Positions 36,111-46,205 of a DNA stretch of 64,000 nt are shown piece after piece. Position 1 is the first letter of the stretch. Each line of letters begins with the position of its first letter. Both the position numbers and the translations under genes were made by a program. The notes under the pieces are model-generated. The model ran no database searches and had not been told where the DNA came from. It saw only the letters and a program-made list of their open reading frames with translations. The stretch lies in assembly GCA_010909165.1 (NCBI GenBank), contig VJWM01000309.1, forward strand, positions 1 to 64,000, in the 5' to 3' direction. Source of the stretch: Anthoceros angustus. Taxonomy: Eukaryota > Plantae > Anthocerotophyta.

Positions 36111-37683
36111 GAAGAAGAAGAATTTTATTCAAGTCCACTAAGGACGGATTTCCGTCATGGGACTGATATGACAGATATACAAAGAGACTATAATGAAATT
36201 TAACTACTATTCTGAGTCTGGCGTAGAGAATAGTGCTGTGAGGCATAATCAAATATCCGGCAAGTTGAGAAGTTGAAGTTGGTTGGTCCTCATTTCCCAC
36301 ATTTGTTTCAAGCAAACTCCTGCAATAATAGGGTCAGGAAAATTGAAAAAACCCCTGAGTGAAGATCGAGCTGTTGTAAATAGATTGATAAATGTATGCC
36401 TGATATCTTCATATATGGGACAGAGGAAAACAAAGTGTTCCTCATTCTCAACATCCCTGTTGCATAACCTGCATATTCGGGTCTCCTTAGGTGGCTTTGG
36501 ACGTAGCCATCTATCAGTCTCAACCCTGAGATGGTGGGACCCCACCCGAAGATGACCCATAATCATCCTAAGCTTGAAGGACACATGGGTGCGAGATAGA
36601 GAGGAAGCATTGGTTTCCCAGAGTTGGAGAGGATACGAAAAAGTTGTTTGTAAGTTTCTAGCTTAGTGGGTAAGGGAGAGATAGGAGACCGTATAAGACA
36701 AATAGGTAGTTTGCAAATCAAGGCGGATGGACTTATTCGGAGGAGGGGAAGGAATTGAAGAGGGGTGGGCGGAAGACTCTCGGGGGAATCCAAACTTCTC
36801 GGCCGGAAGAAGGCGAGCATACCAGGTCTTGTTTCGAGGAGGCTAACTTCCGGGATGATTGGAATGCAAGAAGGAGGTATGAGGGAGTGGAGGTGGGGTG
36901 GTTAGAATGGGCTTCTTCTAAAGAGTAAAGGCGGTATAGGAAGTTGGTTAGGCGAAATAGACCCTCAAGTTCAAGCGGGAAAGTGGCAAACTCTGCAAGA
37001 AAGATGGCAAGGGGGACAGACTTCTTACATGCAATGTGGGGCCGAAGAAAGGATGTCTGAACCTCCTCCACCCTGCACCAGTCGTCGAGTGAGAGGTAGG
37101 GTCCCCAAAACTCGGCCACATACATAGCCGAAGGAATCACAACTGTGTTGAAGAGCCATTACTGAGTGGGGATGTCCTTGATGTGCATCCTAGAGCACTG
37201 TCTCCGAACCCCACATGCAGATGCCACACCTTTGACAATGCGAGCAGAGGTAGAGAGCTTCCATTGGAGTGTCGGGCCATAGAGAGTGCCACCTAGGTAG
37301 ACATAAGATCGAACAACCTCCACATGCTCACCATAGTAGAAGAACTTCAAATTGTCTTTGAGCGTCGGTTGAAAAACATGACCTTGGTCTTCTTCAAGTT
37401 GACCTCCAAATCTCTTGCCGCGCAGAAGCGGGACAATGTGTCTAGTTGCTGTTGGAGGCCCTCAGGAGAGTGGGACAAAAGGGCAATGTCATCTGCATAC
37501 AAGAGAATAGCTATATACCAAGGAGAGGAGGCAACCAGGATCCCCAGACTCCGCAATCCAAGATTCCAGCTCATCAATGTACAGGTCAAATAGGTTAGGA
37601 GAAGATGCATCTCCCAGCCGCACCCCCATATTGCAAAGCAAATCCAGAAGGTCAAAAGCAGCATAGGGTGTGCGGATCCTAGC
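36111..37683 (-). mobile_element. 5'-truncated LINE (RTE-X/L2-like) with RT, C-terminal Cys/His motif and (TTC)n tail
   Basis: GVRLGDASSPNLFDLYIDEL; ILLYADDIALLS..LQQQLD..LEVNLKKTKVM; VVRSYVYLG; LRVGSHHLRVET..RICRLC..ENEEHFVFLCPIY. Contains frameshifts. Confidence 0.9.
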
Positions 37684-40600
37684 CTTCACCAGCGTTCAGA
37701 CAACGGCGGTGAATTCACATTAAACGAATTTCAGGCCTATTGCAAGGACGCAGGCATTGGGAGACAACTTACTGTTGTTTATACACCGCAGCAAAATGGT
37801 GTTGTTGAGCGCTTGAACCTGACTTTGCAGGAGATGGTTTCATCTCTGCTTCATCAAGCTTCTCTTCCTCTCTCTTATTGGGCAGAAGCCCTAATGACAG
37901 CTGTGTATCTCCGCAACAGATTGCCTACAACTGCTGTGCCTGGAGAGACCCCTTATGAAGCCTTCTATGGCCGGAAGCCAGCTCTCCTACATCTTCGGAC
38001 TTTCGGATGTGTTGCATACGCTTTCATCCCTAAGACCCAGAGACCCAAGTTAGTTGCTAAAGCCAAGAAATACCTTATGATAGGCTATACTGAAGGTATC
38101 AAGGCTTATAAACTTTATGACCTACCTCAGAACAAGGTGGTCTATGCACGCAGCGTGACTTTTGATGAAGGTCGCACTTGGCAGCTAGTGGGAGCTGTTC
38201 CCAACGAGGAGGCCCTTGACATTTCTGCCCTGCCTGATGTCACTGTTTTTCCTGACACTGCCCTTGAGGAGGTTGCTCCTGCAGGGGGGAAAGAATAGCA
38301 AACTGATGAGCAGGAGCAGGAGGTTGCACATGATGCAGAAAACTTTGCTCACTTGCAGCCGCAACCTCCTCCAGCTGATGCAGAACCTGACCTTTTACCT
38401 GATTCCATTCCCGATTCTGACGAGGATGCAGCTGCTGACGATGCGATCCTTTCGACATCGATGCAGAAGGTGAACCCGTGCTTTAGCCTTTGCCACCTGA
38501 ACCTGGACAGCCTCCACCACCTGAGCGCGTTATCCTGCAAGAGAAAGACAGGCACCAGACTATTACCAGTCACAGGACTTCAGAAAACCAACAGCTAATG
38601 CAGCTACTTCTCTGGATCTAATTGAACCTCAATCCTATGAAGAAGCTCCTGAACCTCAATCCTATGAAGAACCTCAATCCTATGAAGAAGCTCTTAGCCG
38701 TCCTGATGCTGCTGAGTGGAAAAAGGCTATACAATCAGAATATGATTCATTAATCAAAAATGGGACATGGGAACTTGCTAAGTTACCTCCTGGACCAAAG
38801 GTGGTATCATGCAAGTGGGTATTTAAATTAAAGGTGAAGGCAGATGGAACATTTGACAGGTACAAAGCACGACTCGTAGCTCGTGGTTTTTCACAAGTGC
38901 CTGGTCTTGATTACTTTGAGACATATGCTCATGTTATGAAGCTGGCCACTTTCTGCACAATTTGTGCTCTGGCAGCATATCAGGATTACGAGTTAGACAT
39001 GTTCGATGTAAAGACAGCGTTTTTGCATGGCAAACTCGACACGGAAATCTATATGCAGCAACCACCAGGATACGAAGTTAAGGGCAAAGAGGATTACGTC
39101 TTACGCCTGATAAAGACCCTGTATGGGCTGAAGCAGTCAGCTCTCGAGTGGAATGCTGTCATGGATGAAGAGTTGCGAGCATTAGGTTTTTTGAAGTGTG
39201 TCTCAGATAGCAGCTTGTATGTTTACAGATCCGATGATGTGGTATGCTATCTGGCAGTATACGTGGATGATTTGATCTTATCCTACAATAGCCCCACGTT
39301 CATCACCAAAATTAACAAGCTGTTAGCTACCAAGTTTGAAATGACGAACCTTGGAGCTTTACAAAGCTGGCTGGGCGTTCTTATTCAAAGGGATAGGACA
39401 AATTGATCTATATCCCTTACCCAGCCTCGCTACCTGTTAGAATGTGCTAAACAGCTTGGCTTGAAGGATGCAAAACCAGCAGCTACCCCACTGCCTTGTG
39501 GACTGAAGTTTAGCAAGTCCATGGGTCCTGAAATACAAAGCGAGAAAGACGAGATGAGGTCATCTTCTGTGAAGGGCGTTGGCAACTTATCTATCACCAA
39601 CACAACACGACCTGATGTTACCTACACCACAAGCGTACTCTCCCAGTATCTTGAAAACCCTGGACAAACACATTGGACAAGTGTTAAGAGAGTCATCATG
39701 TATTTAAAAGGAACATCAACTATTGGGGTCAAGTTCAAACACATTCCGGGTGTGCCACTGGAGCTGGATGTGTACACTGATTCTGATTATGCAGGAGATG
39801 TTGATACACGAAGATCAGTTTCAGGATATGTTGTCATGGTAGCAGGTGGACCTATCTGTTGGTCCAGTAAAAGCAACTGCCACATCAAGCAGAAATTTGA
39901 GTATCGTGTTCTCACGGCGTGACCAAGGAGATTGCTTGGTGTAAATTGATGTTCAAGGAACTCGGGCTGCCACTCCCAACCTGCACCACAATAAAGACTG
40001 ACAACCAGGGGTCAATGAACTTGGCACAAAATCCCGTTTTTCACTCTCGCACGAAGCACGTTGAGGTGGAATATCACTTCATCAGGGACCTCATCAAGTC
40101 TGGGCAGATCATGCTGGAATATATACCAAACGCAGAGAATCCAGCAGATGTGTTCACTAAATCCCTCAGCAGGGATGTACACACAGACACATGAAAAGTC
40201 TGGGCATGGGCAGCCATGCAGGCTATCCAGAGGCCCCACCTACCAAGACCTAGCCTAGCAGCTAGGTGCAGCCCCAGTCATTGTTGTCATCGTCTGAGTC
40301 ATGGTTGTCATAGTCTGTGGGAGACCTAAATGATCCCCTGCTCACCGAGGAAGTAGACTCAGAAATCTTTTCCCATGAGGCAGGGCTATCAGACTTGGAG
40401 TTGAATGTTTCCGAACCAGAACGAGGGGAGTTTTTTGCTTTCCTCTCCTGGTAGGAGACTCTCTCCTTCGTCTCCTGGCTAGCTTCCTCTTCTAGACGGT
40501 CCTCAGGTCCTATTAGAACGAGTGGGAGGACATCAGGGAGTTAGGATGGCAACAGACATTGACAGGTTATCAGGGGGGTTGAAAATATGTTGCTTAAAGC

Positions 40601-41643
40601 ATAAACGGCAACAGGGAAGATTGCCAAAAACAGGTTAGGCAACTTACTATAATAGTTGATGACATGATCTTCAAAACCTGGACAATTCTGGATGCGAACT
40701 CGGACCATCTTCAGCCCTGAAGCAACACACCTATACCAAACAGGGCTTCCAGGCCATCTAGCTGTTCCAAGGGTAACAATCCTTGTTTCAGACAGTACTC
40801 CTCTTGGCTCAGGAAACTTGGGTGGCGCTGGAGGATGTGGCTCGAGGGAGGCGTACTCGAACTCTCCCCGCTCACACCTGCGGGCATCGAAAGAAGCCCT
40901 TGAGAAGGTCTGCCTCACAGGTCCTGGCGGTGAAGAACGGGGAGATGGTGCTCCCATGTTAGGCTGGCCGTCAGCACTTGGTGTGACTTGGCCAAGGCAC
41001 TGGCGCCGTTGCTCAAGCACCACTCTGGTTGTTCCTCTTGGTCTGCCTCTAGGGCGACCAGTTCCTCTTGATGTCCCAGCACCGACAGTCCCCTTCGCAG
41101 CAACACTCTGAGTCATGGCTGAAGGGCAGGCAGTCGTTCTAGCTGAGGCAACGAACCTCCCCAGAGCATCTCTCTGGAAGATCCAACGCTTGGGACTTGA
41201 GGAGAGTTCTTCAGACTCCGAAGAAGACATACCGCCCAGTGCTGTGAGTTTACGCCCCAGAATCCAAGAGAGAATGAAAGCCAAAACGTAAAAACAAGCT
41301 AACGTGCACGCAGCGGACCTGAACGGGGCAGTCTTCATGTTGTGCGGTTCCATTGCTATCCAGCGAGGTCCAGCTGCCACATCCGGTACACACTGTGTAG
41401 AGTAAGCTGGCTGGTTGCGAACTCTTGGTCTAGCTGCCTACCCAAGACCCTCGTGGAGCTGGAGACAGTCCTTTGCGTAATGATCAACAAGTGGGAGTAA
41501 AGGAAGATAGTGTGTCGATTCCTTGCTTAGGGTTTCGTTATATCCACATATATAGCTGGCGTGTACGCGTATATAGTTTAATGTTTAGCCACTTACCTCT
41601 TCCTAGGGTTACGTCTCTAGCCCAAAGGTCATGTCCTTTCACA
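37684..41643 (+). mobile_element. Ty1/copia retrotransposon, 5'-truncated: integrase, RT, RNase H, long 3' region, PPT and probable short 3' LTR
   Basis: DNGGEF..YTPQQNGVVERLN; CKWVFKLK..RYKARLVARGFSQVPGLDY; DVKTAFLHG; YVDD; YTDSDYAGD; HSRTKHVEVEYHFIRD; ADVFTKSL. AAGTGGGAG PPT at about 41489 and an LTR-like segment at 41498-41643 ending CA. Several stops and frameshifts. Confidence 0.92.
40262..41230 (-). CDS. Antisense two-exon gene inside the copia 3' region, encoding an AT-hook protein (about 276 aa)
   Basis: Exon 1 is 41230-40648. Intron 40647-40510 has a GTAAGT donor, CTAAC branch site and TAG acceptor. Exon 2 (40509-40262) is open in frame to TAG. Motifs RDALGRF and GRPRGRPRG. Confidence 0.6.
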
Positions 41644-42429
41644 ATTAGATTAAGTCTAGTTGCTACTCTGATTTACTTACTTCATATTCTTATGAGCATA
41701 TGATAATGTAATTACTAAATACGTAATTGATCTGTACCATTCTCATAATTCGTTAAGAGGCACAATGTCATGACTCAAGAGGTCATTGATTTGCCATGTT
41801 AGATTAATTAATGCAAGTCTATGAGGCCTGCTCCAGAGAGGCCTATTAGATAATAATTCAAGCATTTTAAGTAATAATTTGCAGAGTGAGTTACAAAACT
41901 GAAAGAAACCAATGCAAAGAGAGCTGAATGGAACAAGTTAATTATAATTGATTGGAATGTGAAGCATTCAAAGAAAATTGTAATTAACTGGAAAGCGGTT
42001 ACTGATGACCATAACCCTAGTGGTTTCATATGGAGCTTTGACTGTTGGCTTAAGAAATAGTTAATAGAATACTATATAAATAGTTTTTCACTAGAAAATA
42101 GGCATTCTTTTGAAAGTTTCTCACGTGATTATTATATTCACAGCCATTTCACATGCACAATTTTCATGATTTGTAATTCATAATACAAAATCTTAAGCTT
42201 TGACTTATCAATAGAATCATGTATTCTTTGTTGTGATCATGTGTGATTATTTATTTAGTTGATTAGATAGAATCCATTAGAAAATAACTCAGAACTTTAG
42301 AGTTTCTTGTTTTACTTGGATTAGTTTAGAATTTCTTACTCTAGCTTGATCAGCTTGAGACCTTCTTACTTTCAAAAGAATACTTGTTTTGTTTTACTGA
42401 ACATAATCCCATAAGTGACGATAATAAAA

Positions 42430-42768
42430 ATGGAGAAAATTTTCATTATTGTGGGACCTATGTTTAGTGGCAAGTCAAGTTACTTTTTAAGAAGCATATA
42501 ATTAGAACGAGAAGCAGGTAGATTAACAATCTTAGTTAAGTCTGACAAAGACAATAGATATGCAATCAATGCAGTTGTAACACGTATAGGAGAATAATTA
42601 AATTGTCTAACTATAACCGAGTTGAAGAGCTTAAAGTCAATAATTAGTGAAGATCAATTTGATAGGTTAGACACCATTGGTATAGACGAAACGCAATTCT
42701 TTTCTGATTTGATAGAATTCTGTGAAGAGTCAGCCAAGAAAGAAAAGAAAATTATAGTGGCGGGATAG
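42430..42768 (+). pseudogene. AT-rich intronless thymidine kinase (TK1-type) fragment
   Basis: Translates as MEKIFIIVGPMFSGKSSYFLRSI*...LVKSDKDNRY...IGIDETQFFSDLIEFCEESAKKEKKIIVAG*. Two internal TAA stops; truncated just before the expected LDG motif. Confidence 0.88.
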
Positions 42769-42930
42769 TGTGCAAGCTTGTTTGTGCAAAATGAGATGAG
42801 TGCGCAAATAAGCTTGCATACTATCCCTCCATGATAACGAGATGAGTGATAGTGTGCAAACTTGTTGCGCAAAATGAACGAAAAAATCTAGGTGCGCAAA
42901 TATGTTTGCACATTTGGGGGTTAGAAGATC

Positions 42931-43122
42931 CAGGTGTGCGCACCTGGGGGCAAGGGGGTCCAGGTGGACGAACAAGTGCACACACCATGGGACAAGGGCG
43001 CCCAGGTGGGCGAACAAGTGCGCACACTAGGGGACAAGGGCGCCCAGGTGGACGAACAAGTGCGTGCACCATGGGGCAAGGGGGCTCAGGTGCGCGCACT
43101 GGTGTCTGCATCAAGGGGCAAG
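42931..43122 (+). repeat. 42-bp tandem repeat, about 4 copies
   Basis: CAGGTGGACGAACAAGTGCGCACACCATGGGACAAGGGCGCC-like unit at 42961, 43003 and 43045, with partial flanking copies. Confidence 0.85.
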
Positions 43123-43172
43123 GGGGAATTCCATAATTCATATATAATTCCACATTCAATGTGGAATTATGT

Positions 43173-44423
43173 ATGAGCACAACTTACCATCTAGATACTG
43201 ATGGCTCAAATGAGCAAGTCAACCGAATCCAAGAAGAATACTTAACACATTATGTGCAGATTGATCAGAGGGATTGGGCTAATCATCTAGACGATGCAAA
43301 ATTTCATTATAACAACATTGCACATAGCTCTCTGAGATGTAGTCCTCTTGAGATGGGAAAAAATTCAGCACTCGACGTGGTATCCATGCTAAATGCTAAA
43401 GTTTTCGACACTACCACTAGAGATCCACGCCAATTCATTGAGCAGTTGAAGGCTAGACATGAGATTGCCAAAGGAATTTTAGCCAAGGCTCAAGCACGTT
43501 AGAAGAAATATGCTGATAGGCATAGGAGAGAAACTGTCTTCAACATTGAGGATAAAGTATGGATCATTTCCCAATACCTAAAGGATTAATTCTTAAGTTA
43601 AGGCCAAGATATGGTGGTCCATTTGTTATCTTGAAGCGCATTGGAGAAGTGCCTCACAAGTTACAAGCGCCTGAATGGATTTTTGCACACAATGTGTTCC
43701 ATGTATCACTATTGAAACCATTTGTGCTAGGCAAAAGAGAAAGAGGACATGGATAAGAAGAAGTACAGTATTCTTGTGCAGCATAATCAAGGACTGTGGG
43801 AAATTGAGGAATTCCTTGCAGGGAGTAGCGTGCCTACGAAACATGGAATCATACCACAGTATATGGTAAAGTTGCGTGGGATCCAGTTTGGGTAATGTTA
43901 GAGAATATTCGGAAAGGATCCTGGATCATCACTCGATACATTGGCTATCACTGAGGACAGTGATTCTTTTCCCAGAAGAGAAGAAAGTAAGAAGCTTTGC
44001 ATGAAAGGAATGCAGCCCTGGATCTAGTCTAGTAAGTTGTATGTAGTGGTGGTAAGGCTTAGGTTAAGGGGTAAGGAATATAGTCTGCTTTAGGTAGTTA
44101 CTTTAGGAATGAATTAAGCCTCCCTATAAAATGAGATGAGGCTAACCCTAAAGGGTATGATCCTAGGATCCTAGCATTTAGAGCCATACTTGTGAGGATT
44201 GGACTAGGGTGCCTACAGGCTTGGGGAGCCTAGGGTGTGAGCATGTTTAGGAGGATCCTAACACTTAGGGCTACACTCTTGTGAGGACAGAACTGAGGTG
44301 CCTACAGGCTTTGGGAGCCTAGAGTGTGAGCGTGCTAGAGGAGAGCTGTTGAGGAGGAGATCGAGGGGAGAGAGCTAAGCTCCTAGCTTAGGCAAAGAGG
44401 GGAGCTCTCTCTGATCTCTCACA
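43173..44423 (+). mobile_element. Ty3/gypsy chromovirus-type 3' fragment: integrase, decayed chromodomain, PPT and LTR
   Basis: STTYHLDTDGSNEQVNR..DWANHL..YNN..HSS; KLRPRYGGPF..HNVFHVSLLKPF; YMVKLRG..WVMLENI. TGAGGAC plus a purine tract at about 43952-43986, then an LTR-like segment with a TATA motif (44124) and an internal duplication, ending CTCACA. Confidence 0.85.
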
Positions 44424-44931
44424 TATTCTTGTTGACTCTTGTTGGAATAAAGAGTAGCGGCAAAGGTGCTGATTGCGAGTAGTCGCGTGGAAGGACGGCG
44501 GGCTACTTGGAAGCCTAGTGCTGGTGTCTGGTGATGTTATTGCCACTAACTGCGTGACTGCCCCACCTCGCTGGAAAGGGGGTGTTACTTATTAATACTT
44601 TTCCCTTGTTGTTGAGAGAGTAGTGTACAGAACGATAGCGAGCGCGGGAGATGCAGCTGCTTCGACACCGGTGGCAAGTAGTCCTTTTCACATCCCCGAC
44701 CACGAAGTTCTTCGCGTGGTTGGTAGTTTTGAAATGCATGATCGTGGGGGCTACTCCCCCTGACATGGTGCCTTTCGTTGGGTTTTTGTCCCTTTGTTTT
44801 AGGGGTGGATGGGTTTTTCCCATTTCTTTTTAAAATAAAGTCTCCTTTTTCTCGTTGAGAGAGTAATAAATATTGATAAAATAAGATGATAAAAAGTGGA
44901 AATAAAAATAAATGGATAAAATTAATCACTC

Positions 44932-45252
44932 GAAGAAGAAGAAGAAGTTTATTATAATCCATTTGGATGGAATTTTCCTATCATGGGACTTAACAACTTG
45001 TACCGTGGTGTACTTAAGCTTCCAGCACCGATGGTATCCAATCCCTCTAGGCACTCCATTTATATGGGACTTGGTACTTGATAACTTGTACCACGGTGTG
45101 CCTAAGCTACCAGCAAACACTGATGGCACCCACTCCCTCTAGGCACCCCATTTATATGGAACTTGGTACTTGACAACTTGTACCATGGTGTGCCTAAGCT
45201 ACTAGCACCAATGGCATCCACTCTCTCTAGGCACCCCATCTAAGTACCAATC
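44932..45252 (-). mobile_element. SINE-like element with three tandem ~85-90-bp hairpin units and (TTC)n tail
   Basis: (GAA)5 tail, then three copies of ATGGGACTTGGTACTTGACAACTTGTACCATGGTGTGCCTAAGCT...TCTAGGCACCCCAT. Same family as 31196-31347. Confidence 0.75.
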
Positions 45253-45265
45253 TATCGATGTCGAT

Positions 45266-45629
45266 GCTTCTTCAGCAAATGGTTGTAGCTGCTAATTAAT
45301 GTTGTATACGTTGGTATCCTCCTCCCCATCTCGTTTGATTTTTTGCCACTTTTCCTTTTTATGATTTTAAGTACATCCTCTGTAGCCTCGGCTCAGAGAC
45401 GAACTCAAATAGAGATTAGAGAACACAAACTATGCTGGCATGGTGACATCAAGTTTGTCTACATGAAGAGAAGGGTTGTTTTGTTTTGGAAGGAAATCCT
45501 CGACCCAAGCGCAGCCCTGATTGTTCCCAAATCTATGTACCAAATGTTTGGAGGGAAGACAAAACTGTTGATTCACGTGTTCGATTCCAAAATGAAGCTC
45601 TGCAGTGGCTTCCCAACATCATGCCTAGC
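45266..45629 (-). pseudogene. Third, decayed partial copy of TRM5-like exon 1
   Basis: Colinear with 35222-35580, for example CCTCGACCCAAGCGCAGCCCTGATTGTTCCCAAATCT; AT-shifted with indels. Confidence 0.85.
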
Positions 45630-46205
45630 AAAAGAAGAAGAAAAATTCATTGCAGTCTATTGAGAAAGGATTTCTGTTATGAGATTATCTGATCTTAGTA
45701 AGAAAAGACTAAGATCAAGGTCATAATCCAGAACTCTTCGGCTTGGCTCACAGGACCAAGAGTATGCAACCTACACAATATTCTGTTCTAAGATTTCCTT
45801 CAACCGTGAGAAATCCGTTGCAAGCCTCCGTAAAAAGATATTTTTGAAGAAAAAATGCTTTTATTGTTCAATAAACTAAAGATGAGCTCGGCGTACATTA
45901 AGCAAGAGAAGTAGACTTATCATACATCTAGTAAGAGAAGTGCAATATCAAAACTCATGTATAAAATTGGCATTAAGAGTCGGTTGAAACATATGTAATA
46001 ACCTTAAATTATATTTATTATTGAATAGTTTAGAATTATAAGATAATAATAATTAAAAATAACATTATTTTTCTCAGAAACAGTTACAAATACAATACTC
46101 ACCTCTAGATCGAGTATATGATAATTTGAAATCGATACATCAGACTTGTGAGTTCTATATATGTGAGCATAGTAAGAGGAAACATTCAATTATTTTTAAG
46201 TTTTC

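Noticed and set aside
41749-42060. Second decayed ORF upstream of the thymidine kinase relic
   Set aside because: Seven stops in 104 codons is not clearly below chance for AT-rich DNA, and no motif is recognisable. It is still worth including in a TBLASTX search.
42430-42768. TAA stops in the thymidine kinase repaired by U-to-C RNA editing
   Set aside because: Such editing is organellar. This is nuclear DNA and the gene is also 3'-truncated.
44983-45252. Hammerhead ribozyme or retrozyme
   Set aside because: No conserved CUGAnGA...GAAA core on either strand across the three units.
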